Shown here: positions 36,900-46,152 of the stretch, one piece after another
Position numbering within the stretch: the stretch's first letter is position 1
How the letters are laid out: the number at the start of each line of letters is the position of its first letter
Virus record (IMG/VR): IMGVR_UViG_3300008262_000463
Coordinates: 1-59,708 of that record
Length of the DNA: 59,708 nucleotides
Source of the DNA: a virus
Taxonomy: Duplodnaviria > Caudoviricetes
Direction: 5' to 3' (one strand)
Notes under the pieces: generated by a model
What the model saw: the letters and a program-made list of their open reading frames with translations, nothing else
What the model was told of the DNA's origin: nothing
Database searches by the model: none
Made by a program: the position numbers and the translations under genes

Positions 36900-38540
36900 C
36901 TATTTTGCAATCTGACTAAAATTGTTTTTCTTTTCAAATCTAATAATTGATCTGAATTTATCAAACAATTGGTCACCTTTATGTGATATGACAAATATGT
37001 TTGTATCTGAACCCATTTCATGTATCAGTTTTAAAAATTCTTCTGTGCCAGTACCATCTAATGATGAATCAAATACTTCATCAAGTATTAATAGATTGGT
37101 ATTAGTACTGTTCTTTAATTTTGCAATCTGTCTCCATGTAAACAATAGAGCCAAATCAATTCGCATCTTTTCACCTTCTGAAAAGTTTGCATAACTAAAT
37201 TCATCTCGGTGATTAATCAACTTATTCATGATTGGTAAGTACTGTCGAATAATCTTGGTTTTAATACCAGTATCTTTCAACAACGATCCAGCAAACTCAT
37301 AATATTGTTTTTCAACGGATAATTCTTCTTGCTTCTTTACCAACAGTCCAAGTTCTTCTTTAAGTTCTCGTAGTTTATCATTTGAACTTTCAATACTATC
37401 TTTATGTGTAGACAAAGCTTCTACTTCTTTTTGTAATTTGTCCACAAACTTATGTACTGCCGATATGGTTGAATTGTGTTTTACAATTTCATTATTGTGT
37501 GATGAAATGTGTTTGATGATTGAATGTATTTCTTCTATTCGTTGGTTTGCTTTAGCAATCTCCGTTGAGATTTCCGCAAGGCCTTCCCGTTGTGTAGTGA
37601 CTTTTGATTTTCTTTCGGTAACTTGTTCTGACTTGAATTCTCCGTCAATGATTTGTTTGCAGGTTGGGCAGTTGTCGTGTTCTTCATAGAAAGCAATATC
37701 CTTTTCATTTTTCTTAATGTTGGTTTCAATCTTGGATTCTAACTGTAACAGCTTTTTACTTTTCTTTTCTACGGAAACTTTATCTTGAATTTTTTTCTGG
37801 AGAACATCAATGTGTTTCTGGATTAATTCAATATCTCTTTGTAACCTAAAGTTTTGGTCTATACTAGATGCAATCTCTGCTTTCTTTTTGGCAATCTCCT
37901 CGTCATTACGATTTCTATGTTCTTCAATACTTTGTTTTTGGAAATTAATTCTTTCGGATGTCAAGTCCATTTCATACTTATTTTTTGTGGAAATGTCTTT
38001 GATACTAGACATCTTTTCTTTGACAATGCCATTCATCGATGAGAAGATACCAATGTCTAATAAATCTTCAATGATTGCTCGCCTGTCTGCTGGCGATAAC
38101 TGCATGAACGGAACAAATGAGGCCGAACCAAGAATCACCACTTGTGTAAATGATTTGTAGTTAATCTTTAGAATGAACTTCTCTAAGAACTCTTGATAGT
38201 CTTTTGCCTTAGCATCTTGGTCAAGTAACTTATCTCCAAGGTAAACTTCAAACACATTTGGCTTAATACCACGAATTACTTTATAATTCTTTTTACCAAT
38301 GGCAAATTCAACCTCAACAACACAAGCTTGCTGATTGATGGAGTTTAGTAATTGTGGTTTGTTTATCTTACGAAATGGTTTACCAAAAAGACCAAAACAC
38401 AATGCATCCAAAATAGTGGACTTACCCGCACCATTGTGACCAATAATGAGTGTGTTTGGTGATTTTTGAAAGTTGATTTCTGTAAATGCTTGGCCGGTAG
38501 ATAAAAAATTACACCATCTGACCTTTTGGAAGGTAATCAT
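36900..38540 (-). CDS. gp46: Rad50/SbcC-like recombination ATPase, with an internal in-frame gap at ~37211
   Basis: GHNGAGKS, CPTC hook, FSEGEK, LILDEVFD, ISH. Confidence 0.95.
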   Translation of the reverse strand: MITFQKVRWCNFLSTGQAFTEINFQKSPNTLIIGHNGAGKSTILDALCFGLFGKPFRKINKPQLLNSINQQACVVEVEFAIGKKNYKVIRGIKPNVFEVYLGDKLLDQDAKAKDYQEFLEKFILKINYKSFTQVVILGSASFVPFMQLSPADRRAIIEDLLDIGIFSSMNGIVKEKMSSIKDISTKNKYEMDLTSERINFQKQSIEEHRNRNDEEIAKKKAEIASSIDQNFRLQRDIELIQKHIDVLQKKIQDKVSVEKKSKKLLQLESKIETNIKKNEKDIAFYEEHDNCPTCKQIIDGEFKSEQVTERKSKVTTQREGLAEISTEIAKANQRIEEIHSIIKHISSHNNEIVKHNSTISAVHKFVDKLQKEVEALSTHKDSIESSNDKLRELKEELGLLVKKQEELSVEKQYYEFAGSLLKDTGIKTKIIRQYLPIMNKLINHRDEFSYANFSEGEKMRIDLALLFTWRQIAKLKNSTNTNLLILDEVFDSSLDGTGTEEFLKLIHEMGSDTNIFVISHKGDQLFDKFRSIIRFEKKNNFSQIAK

Positions 38541-38547
38541 ATTATAT

Positions 38548-39141
38548 TCATCGTTTCAGTAAATTTTGTTTCCATGGTAAAATTTGAAGGTTCTCTAATT
38601 TAGAAACTTCTTCTGGAGAAACACCTTTATCAAAAGATTCTCTCACACTTATTTTGTGGTCTAATTGATAACCATCGGCAACACCACATTTGGTTCTTTT
38701 GTAACCTTTTGGATTCAAAAGTAATTCATTCTCTTTATATGTTTGTTCCGACAATTTTGTTACTCTATTCCTATATCTTTTATATTCCGGAGTATCATCT
38801 TTCATTAAAGTTTTTCTATATTGTTCCGTTTGCATATAAGATTTATCGCAATGTTTCAATTTCAAAAGGTATTCTTCACTTCGATTTAAACATATTCTGG
38901 AACAATATTTTTGTTTAGCTGAAGGTACGGTTTCAAATTCTTTTTTGCAAAACAAACAATTTGTTTTATATTTTGTTATTATATTATTATGTTGTCCAGG
39001 TTTCAAGCCTCTAGGAACAGTTATGCCGTATTTTCTTCTGTGTCTACAAATGGTTGGTACAGAACAATTTAATATTTTGGCCAATTCTTTATTGGTTTTT
39101 GTGGAATCGGACAACAGTTTAATTTTTTCGTTTTCAGTCAT
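38548..39141 (-). mobile_element. HNH homing endonuclease between genes 47 and 46
   Basis: HTH, CxxC..YCSxxC, YQLDHKIS..NL..N; late promoter TATAAATA at 39159-39166. Confidence 0.8.
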
Positions 39142-39171
39142 AGTATCTCCTATAACCTTATTTATATAAAT

Positions 39172-39360
39172 CTACTTTTCCACCATACTTTTTGAAATCT
39201 TATCATAGTCTTTCATATTGGGTATGGTACAACGAGCACCACACCAATGGCACCACAATTGAATTTTTCCAGGTTCCAAATGTGGATTGGGTTTCATATG
39301 ATGCCAATTAAATTTGTGAGATATTTTCATCACAAAACGGTAAATATATCCTTTAATCAT
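39172..39360 (-). CDS. Small hypothetical protein (CHWC)
   Basis: Coupled to the gene 47 stop. Confidence 0.5.
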   Translation of the reverse strand: MIKGYIYRFVMKISHKFNWHHMKPNPHLEPGKIQLWCHWCGARCTIPNMKDYDKISKSMVEK

Positions 39361-40427
39361 GCCTGTTCTTGGTTTAATGCCTCAACATATAATTCTTTCA
39401 TCATAGTTTTCAGCTTTTCATTATCAATGTGATCTTCTTTTAGTGCATCAACATACTTGTTAATAATAGTAACAGTATCTTCTGCTTGATCAATCATATC
39501 ATCTTCTACACCTTCTGTCAAGTCAGTAAAATCTTCCGCAATGGTAATATCAATTGGATTGACATTGTACAGATTATTCATAAACTTATCAAAGAGGTAT
39601 GGGTTAGTTTTGTTAACCACCACAACCTTTACATAGGTATTGGTATACTTCTTTAAGTCCAAACCGTTAATTTCAGTAATTGATTTCTCTTTATCATCGT
39701 AGAGAATACGATAAAACATTATGTTAGGATTGACAATAAACTCAAGATCCCTACTATCCAAATCAAAAATGTGAAAGCCCCTAGCGTCATTATAATCTTG
39801 CCAAGTGAGTTCGTATGGGTTTCCAAGGTAGTGTATGTTTCCTTGAGAAGAGCGATGATGATAATGGCCACTAAAGACCATATCAAACTTAGAGAATAAA
39901 TCACGGTCTAATCCTTCATTTGATGGCATACCACGATGCATGGCAAATCCGGCAATTTCAAAATGGCCCATGCAAATGTCTGCCTGTGTTTGTTTTAACT
40001 GATCCATAGATTCCAGATGATTATCAGGACAAATCCATGGCATCATACAAATTGCGGTACCACCAACATAAATTGTGTGTGGTGCATCGATAACTGTAAT
40101 GTTGTTATATTCACGCAACAACAAGTCAACAGAATTTACTTCATTGGTATTCTTGAAATATGTATCGTGGTTACCGGCAAGCATATGAACTTTAATATTT
40201 CTTTTTGCCAGTTCATCAAAGAACATATCTTTTGTCCTTTTGAGTGAATAAAAGTTTACATATTTCCTACGATCAAACGTATCACCGAGTATAAGGACAG
40301 TATCGATGCCATTACTGTCAAGATGTGGAAAAAATACTCCTGAATAAAACTTTTCATAATAATCAAGAAAGTGCTGTGAATCGTTCCTTGCTCCAAAGTG
40401 TTGATCGGTTATTATCGCTATTTTCAT
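39357..40427 (-). CDS. gp47: Mre11/SbcD-like nuclease
   Basis: TDQH, LGDTFD, GNHD, SGHYH. Confidence 0.96.
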   Translation of the reverse strand: MKIAIITDQHFGARNDSQHFLDYYEKFYSGVFFPHLDSNGIDTVLILGDTFDRRKYVNFYSLKRTKDMFFDELAKRNIKVHMLAGNHDTYFKNTNEVNSVDLLLREYNNITVIDAPHTIYVGGTAICMMPWICPDNHLESMDQLKQTQADICMGHFEIAGFAMHRGMPSNEGLDRDLFSKFDMVFSGHYHHRSSQGNIHYLGNPYELTWQDYNDARGFHIFDLDSRDLEFIVNPNIMFYRILYDDKEKSITEINGLDLKKYTNTYVKVVVVNKTNPYLFDKFMNNLYNVNPIDITIAEDFTDLTEGVEDDMIDQAEDTVTIINKYVDALKEDHIDNEKLKTMMKELYVEALNQEQA

Positions 40428-40551
40428 ATTTAATCTCTATAACAAAGTCTTTTGACATTTCTTCTGCAAATTTAGCTGCATCGGTTATATCTTTAAAGTA
40501 TTTAAAAAACCTAAAACATTCATCTTTTCCACACCAACTAACTTTATACAT
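40363..40551 (-). CDS. Small hypothetical protein
   Basis: Fills the gap between genes 55 and 47; 3' end overlaps gene 47. Confidence 0.4.
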   Translation of the reverse strand: MYKVSWCGKDECFRFFKYFKDITDAAKFAEEMSKDFVIEIKYENSDNNRSTLWSKERFTALS

Positions 40552-40555
40552 GATA

Positions 40556-41089
40556 TCACTCTCCTAAGAACTTTTCAATACCTTTTATCTTCTTTGCCGT
40601 TTTCTTAGCCTTTTTACCTTCTTCATAATTCTCAATGAATTCGGCAATATTCTCATATAATTCAAACTGTCTAGTTGTACCATCTTCCAATTCCATCATT
40701 TCATATTCATCTAGAATACCAAACATCTCTGTGGACTTATACTTGACATATAACTGTTTCTTTTCCTTTTGTATCCTACGGAGAAAAGCAAAGTAAATTA
40801 TCTGTGTAAAGTATGCAAATGGATTTTTAGATTTGGTGGGATCAAAATTGTCAAAGTACATCAAACAGTTTTCAATGCCATCTGAAATCATTTCATCACG
40901 ATAGGTATAGTTTATGAAGTTAGGTTTGTGAGACAGACCTTCTGCAATCTTCATAAAACATTCTCCTATGTAATTTGGTATAGGAGGTTCTTCTGTCTTA
41001 TTCTTCTTTGCAAGTTTTTTGGCCTTCTTGTAGTCCACTAAGGCCTGTAGGAAGTCTGCGTTATTGATATAGTGTTTTTCTTTTTTCAT
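40556..41089 (-). CDS. gp55: Late sigma factor
   Basis: HYINN, MISDGIENC, NPFAYFTQI..AFLRRI.KEKKQ. Confidence 0.96.
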   Translation of the reverse strand: MKKEKHYINNADFLQALVDYKKAKKLAKKNKTEEPPIPNYIGECFMKIAEGLSHKPNFINYTYRDEMISDGIENCLMYFDNFDPTKSKNPFAYFTQIIYFAFLRRIQKEKKQLYVKYKSTEMFGILDEYEMMELEDGTTRQFELYENIAEFIENYEEGKKAKKTAKKIKGIEKFLGE

Positions 41090-41160
41090 AATTACCACAT
41101 AATGTTATTGACAAAGTGTTGACAAAGGTGTAAAGTCTCGGTGTGCTCGGATGAAATATA

Positions 41161-41559
41161 TTAATGGATTATATCTTTATCACCAGGCATATCTCTAAGA
41201 TGATTCATAATTTCTTCGATATCTTCTTCAAAGGTATCAGGATCTTCTATCTGATCTTTAATAATTTTTTTTGCTTTTAATAGGTCAGATATTTTTTTCA
41301 CAGTATTATTATAATATTCAATGAAGTCTTCCGATGGTTCAATCATGCACAATATATCTTTATCGGTAAGAGTAACTTCGTTTGTTTTAACTAGTTGTAC
41401 AGGCAACCAATGTGTCATTCCTAATATTGGCATCCCATTACGAGATGTTATTTCAACTACCATAGGATGCGATACATTATAAACACCACTAGTATTACTG
41501 GATATTGTTCCGATAATATCTTCGCCATTCTGTAACCTGACCATTTTGATATTATCCAT
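41161..41559 (-). CDS. Conserved hypothetical protein (Sm-like fold)
   Basis: VRLQNGEDIIG..WLP. Confidence 0.6.
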   Translation of the reverse strand: MDNIKMVRLQNGEDIIGTISSNTSGVYNVSHPMVVEITSRNGMPILGMTHWLPVQLVKTNEVTLTDKDILCMIEPSEDFIEYYNNTVKKISDLLKAKKIIKDQIEDPDTFEEDIEEIMNHLRDMPGDKDIIH

Positions 41560-43039
41560 TTTTTAATCCTATTTTATAAATCTTGAAAGGAAACTGCTCT
41601 TCATTATATATCTTTGTCCTTTCAATGAAATGTTTTAGTGTAAAGTTCATATGTTTTTTGTATCTTAAATCATCTGCAATGTCATAGAGTGTTGCAACTT
41701 CTTTACCTTCATTCTGTCTTAATCCACGACCAATACTTTGTAGAGTACGAATCGTAGACTTTGTTGGCATTGCAAAAATAATATTGTGGAGATTTTTAAT
41801 ATTGATACCTGTTGAAAAAGTACCAAAAGATGCCACGATGATGGCATCATTTTCTATCTCCATAATTTTTCTTATTTCTTCTCTATCTTCGGCTTCTACT
41901 CCGCCATGTACAAAGAATACTTTTCTTTCGCCTATATTTTTTGTATCTTTAATTAAATTGTATAATATCTTGCCATGTTTGTCAACCATCTGATATAGTA
42001 CGAGAGTATTTTTCTGTAAAGATACCGCAAGATTTTTTATGAACTTGTTTCTCTGTTCATTTTCTATTAGATACTTGATCTCATCTTGATATGTTTTGTC
42101 TTTCAGTTTAAGACAATCTTCATCTGTATGTTTTATGACCAAACATTTAATATCAAAGTTTGATAGTTTGCCTTTGTCGATAAGTTCTTTAGTTGATATT
42201 ACTTTTTCTACTTCACCAAAAAGACCTTCTAATACTAACTTGTGTGTTTTTGTACCATCTAAAGTACCAGTAAGACCTATTCTATATTTGGCTTTTGTGC
42301 AAGAAGTAAGTATCGTTGTTAGAGATTGTGCTTTGAATAGGTGTGCTTCATCACCTATGATATAATCAAACTGTTCGAAATATTCTTTTGGTAATTTATA
42401 TAACGATTGCCATGTAGAAATAATTACAGGAAGTGTTGATTCTTTTTCTTTACCTTGATATATTCTATGTACATTATTCTGTGAATCAAAACCGTAATCA
42501 GAAAAATCAGAATACAATTGTTCCACAAGAGAAGTGGTTGGTACAATTATGAGGCCTTTAAGTTTTTGATAATCTAATAATTGTCTTACGATTAGATAAA
42601 TTATGAGAGATTTACCAGAAGCGGTAGGAGATAATATCAAAGCTCTGCGTTGTTGCATCACATGAATGAATGCTTTGATCTGATGTTCGTTTGCCGTTAT
42701 AGGCCGATCTGCTGATTCTAAATTAAGTGATTCTGCAAACTTCTGTGCATGATATACTGAAAATTCATCTTGAACATCCAGATTATCTTGTATTTCAAAA
42801 GTGTAATTTCTTTCTTTACAGAACAGTTGAAGATAAGAAAGTAATCCGATATAGAGGCAATTATTTCTTAAATCAAAAAGTCTTATCTTTCCATCCCATA
42901 TTCGATTACGATATGCAGGAACAAATTGGTATCCTGGTACGAAAAATGTAAAGTATTCTGATAACTCTTTTGCAAAATGTTTCTCACAAGTTACCTTTAA
43001 ATATACCTCATTGACTTTGTTAATTAATAAATCACTCAT
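41552..43039 (-). CDS. uvsW: SF2 DNA helicase UvsW
   Basis: PTASGKS, DEAH, GLTGT, QSIGRGLR. Confidence 0.95.
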   Translation of the reverse strand: MSDLLINKVNEVYLKVTCEKHFAKELSEYFTFFVPGYQFVPAYRNRIWDGKIRLFDLRNNCLYIGLLSYLQLFCKERNYTFEIQDNLDVQDEFSVYHAQKFAESLNLESADRPITANEHQIKAFIHVMQQRRALILSPTASGKSLIIYLIVRQLLDYQKLKGLIIVPTTSLVEQLYSDFSDYGFDSQNNVHRIYQGKEKESTLPVIISTWQSLYKLPKEYFEQFDYIIGDEAHLFKAQSLTTILTSCTKAKYRIGLTGTLDGTKTHKLVLEGLFGEVEKVISTKELIDKGKLSNFDIKCLVIKHTDEDCLKLKDKTYQDEIKYLIENEQRNKFIKNLAVSLQKNTLVLYQMVDKHGKILYNLIKDTKNIGERKVFFVHGGVEAEDREEIRKIMEIENDAIIVASFGTFSTGINIKNLHNIIFAMPTKSTIRTLQSIGRGLRQNEGKEVATLYDIADDLRYKKHMNFTLKHFIERTKIYNEEQFPFKIYKIGLKNG

Positions 43040-43674
43040 TCTTTTTTATCAAATTGATAGAACCATGAATCTGGAGTACCAACACTCCATTTAGAAACAT
43101 TTTCTACCGAATATATTTCTGTGGGTATTTTAAAATCAGGATTTTTTGTAACTGGAGGAACAAGTGATACATCATACCACAAACATCTATTGTTTGGTTG
43201 ACAGGCAAATTGACCATTGTCTAGTTGTATAAAGTTATAAGATTTATGTTCTTGAACACCTTCTGAAAAACTGGTGTCAATTCTATTTAAATCTGGTGCT
43301 GCAAAATCTATTGTAAAAAGGTATTTACCAAAATAAAATTGTTTGTCTTTACCAAAATATTTTACTTTAAGTCCACGCAAATTAGATTTTTCTATGACCG
43401 CCATATCATATGAGAGGCAATCCCATATTTGCAAATGATCTAAAGGTAAATGTTGATCTACAGATTTCCAAACATAAGCTGAAATTGGCAGTTTATCAAA
43501 CAAAGCACCATAGTCAGTTAACATACATTCAATACGAAACGCTTGACCTTTAATTGCTTTTGCGGTCATCCATACACAAGGTTCTAATTCTCCATGACCT
43601 TTTTCATGGTTATAAAGAAACTCTTTGCGTACAAAACATTTTATTGGTGGTATATTAACAACTAAAAAAGACAT
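43036..43674 (-). CDS. Conserved phage hypothetical protein
   Basis: VRKEFLY, LQIWDC, EHKS, QPNNR motifs. Confidence 0.7.
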   Translation of the reverse strand: MSFLVVNIPPIKCFVRKEFLYNHEKGHGELEPCVWMTAKAIKGQAFRIECMLTDYGALFDKLPISAYVWKSVDQHLPLDHLQIWDCLSYDMAVIEKSNLRGLKVKYFGKDKQFYFGKYLFTIDFAAPDLNRIDTSFSEGVQEHKSYNFIQLDNGQFACQPNNRCLWYDVSLVPPVTKNPDFKIPTEIYSVENVSKWSVGTPDSWFYQFDKKE

Positions 43675-44109
43675 TTATTGTCCTCCTATGAATTTTTCCC
43701 ACGATATAAAGTCACGCAATTGCCATGTTCTCTGTTTCAATTCATTCAGAATAGATTCCAAAACAGAAATAGTTTCTTCATGGTATACTTTCTTTTCTAG
43801 AAGTTTAATCAAATCTCCGTCTGCCTCAAGATATGTGGTTATGTCAGATTTCAAAGTAAATTGAAATGGTTCCCACCCGTAACTTTGCAGTTCTTCTTGA
43901 GACATTTTACCTGTGTAGTATTCCCACTTTATTTTCCGCATACGCAAGTAATCAAACTGTGCCTTTTTTGAGGCAATCTTATGTTTGGTAAGTATTGCAA
44001 GATATTTGTTGTGGAGTTTAGGTATCTTCAACAGTTCTTTTCCAGGTTCAGTCTGGTCAATATCTGTGTCTGTTTCCCAATTCTTCAATACGTGTTCTAA
44101 AGTTTCCAT
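43675..44109 (-). CDS. uvsY: Recombination mediator UvsY
   Basis: IPKLHNKY, KWEYYTGK, WEKF..G; promoter TTGACT-17-TAGATT at 44142-44170. Confidence 0.9.
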   Translation of the reverse strand: METLEHVLKNWETDTDIDQTEPGKELLKIPKLHNKYLAILTKHKIASKKAQFDYLRMRKIKWEYYTGKMSQEELQSYGWEPFQFTLKSDITTYLEADGDLIKLLEKKVYHEETISVLESILNELKQRTWQLRDFISWEKFIGGQ

Positions 44110-44173
44110 AATTTATAATAAAAAAGTAACATTAAACCTATAATCTAACATAAAAGATGTTAGAAGTCAAGCT

Positions 44174-44560
44174 TTATGTTAGAGATTCAAATTCAAAGTA
44201 ATCGTAAGTAAAGGTTGCCGTTGCGGTCATAATATCATCCGCAGACATTTTGGTATCAAACTGTAAGTCTGATAAAGAGATAGGAAATGCATTAACGAAT
44301 CTAACTCTCAATTTTGGATTGTTCAAATTATTTAAAACGGTTAAAGTGGCATCAGAATAATTCTTTAATGCCGTTCTTTCGGTTCTGGTATATCGGTTCT
44401 GTAGAGAAGTAAGTCTTTTTCTTTCATCAAAACTAGTAGGAGAAGCTATAGAAAGAAACCAGTCATGGAGATGTCTCCAAGTGTCTAGGTTCTCATCAAT
44501 ATTAAAGTCTATATTCAGTTGATTGTATGTTATTTTGTTACCAGGTGCATATATGTCGGC
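44174..44560 (-). CDS. gp3: Tail completion / tube terminator gp3-like protein, N-terminus missing
   Basis: Open frame DIYAPGNKITYNQL..DENL..W..SDATLTVL..AFPISLSDLQFD..ATFTYDYF with no start; not in the ORF track. Confidence 0.75.
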   Translation of the reverse strand, partial: ADIYAPGNKITYNQLNIDFNIDENLDTWRHLHDWFLSIASPTSFDERKRLTSLQNRYTRTERTALKNYSDATLTVLNNLNNPKLRVRFVNAFPISLSDLQFDTKMSADDIMTATATFTYDYFEFESLT

Positions 44561-44703
44561 ATTTTGTTTGTTAGAGTTATTTCTTGTTGAATGAATACCA
44601 TCTTTAACTGGAGTTCTTTTAACTGTTGGTTATAGAATTCCAATTCTTTAATTTTTCTGGAACGAATGTCCAGTAGGTCAGACATTAATAGTATTTCGCT
44701 CAT
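44561..44703 (-). CDS. Small coiled-coil protein, 3' end lost at the junction
   Basis: MSEILLMSDLLDIRSRKIKELEFY; late promoter CATAAATA at 44709-44716. Confidence 0.55.
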
Positions 44704-44725
44704 ATTACTATTTATGAGCCAAAAA

Positions 44726-44751
44726 AAAAGGACCTCCGAAGAGGTCCTTTT
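44726..44751 (-). terminator. Terminator after gene 23
   Basis: GGACCTC-TTCG-GAGGTCC followed by a long T-run. Confidence 0.88.
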
Positions 44752-44777
44752 AACTATCACTCTACGGTGACTTAATA

Positions 44778-46121
44778 TTACATCAGGTTCTTAACTGCAA
44801 AAATACGATAGTAGACGTTGCTACGTGGCGTAATCTGAGAAGTTCCAGCACCTGTTGCCAAAGGACCCTTAGCGAATGGGTTTGGTACCATTCCGTAACG
44901 AGTCTTGAAACCAATCTTTGGTTGGAAGGTAAACTGGTCAACAGCACGAACCATTTGCAGAGGAACGTATGGGCAGTAGAACAGACCTGCGTCATATGGA
45001 GAAGCACCTTTGTAACCGATTGTAACCAGTTCTTGGTTGCTTGTGTAACCACCGAAATATGGATCAATGTAAACCTTGATACGGCCATGCAACATACCAG
45101 CAAATGTGTTGCCTGTGTCGTCAACTTGCAGGTCAGCAGACAGAGCAGGTGTGTACTGAAGAACACCAGCCATTGCCATTGCAGAAGCAACATCTGAAGA
45201 AACGATCAGAACGTTACCTTTACCTCTACGAGTCTGTTTTGCAATAACGTTTGCATCACGCTCGATTTGGAAAATCAGACCTTTGAAACGCTCAACTGAC
45301 CAACGACCGTTAGAATCTGTGTCAAGGTCAAAATTACCAGCAGTAGTAACACCATACTGAGCACCTGCAACAGCAGACAGATAGATTGTACGGATAACTT
45401 CACGGTTGATCTCTGCAAGGATTTCTGTAGACAGGATGTTAGACAATTCTGTTTCAGCATCCAGACCATGAATTGCCTTCAGGTCTTGAGCGAGTTCAAG
45501 TGAGTACTCGGCTTTCAGAGCACGTGACTGAGCAGTTACGGAAACTTTCTCAATGCTAAATGCCATCTCTTTGAAAGCTGCGCCAGCGTCAGAACCAAGA
45601 GCTTCAGCAGTTGCTGTTGGCATACCAATACCAGTTGTAAATGCGTTAGCAGTCAAATCTGCGATTGGATTTGTTAGGATGTCATTATCTGGTGTTGTTG
45701 TACCACGGAAACCGTATGGGTTAGCAGCAGATGAAGCACCAGAAAATACTGTGTTTGCCTCATTGTAGAATGCCTCACCACCACCTTGTGTAGCGTAACG
45801 AGCACGCATTGCGAAAATCAGACCTGTTGGACCTGTCATTGGCTGAACGCCAGCAACATCATACGCAATCAGGTTTGGCAGCGCACGGCGAACCAAGCTA
45901 ATCAAGATTGGATCAAAGTTCTGAATGCCAGAACCAGTAACGTTTGTTGGAGCAGATGCAGTTGCCTCCATCAAAGACATTCTGTCTTGATTCATTGCTT
46001 GTTGTTGATTCTCCAATACGAGAGCTGTAACAGCTTTCTTATATGGATCTTTAATAGAATCCAACTCTGGATGCTCCAGAACTGGCTTCCATTTGGATTG
46101 AAGTTCTTCTGTTAAGTACAT
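44778..46121 (-). CDS. gp23: Major capsid protein
   Basis: GVQPMTGPTG, ELAQDLKAIHGLDAE, FQPKIGFKTRYG. Confidence 0.98.
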   Translation of the reverse strand: MYLTEELQSKWKPVLEHPELDSIKDPYKKAVTALVLENQQQAMNQDRMSLMEATASAPTNVTGSGIQNFDPILISLVRRALPNLIAYDVAGVQPMTGPTGLIFAMRARYATQGGGEAFYNEANTVFSGASSAANPYGFRGTTTPDNDILTNPIADLTANAFTTGIGMPTATAEALGSDAGAAFKEMAFSIEKVSVTAQSRALKAEYSLELAQDLKAIHGLDAETELSNILSTEILAEINREVIRTIYLSAVAGAQYGVTTAGNFDLDTDSNGRWSVERFKGLIFQIERDANVIAKQTRRGKGNVLIVSSDVASAMAMAGVLQYTPALSADLQVDDTGNTFAGMLHGRIKVYIDPYFGGYTSNQELVTIGYKGASPYDAGLFYCPYVPLQMVRAVDQFTFQPKIGFKTRYGMVPNPFAKGPLATGAGTSQITPRSNVYYRIFAVKNLM

Positions 46122-46152
46122 TTTATTTCCTTTTGTTTAAAAAAACGGTTAA

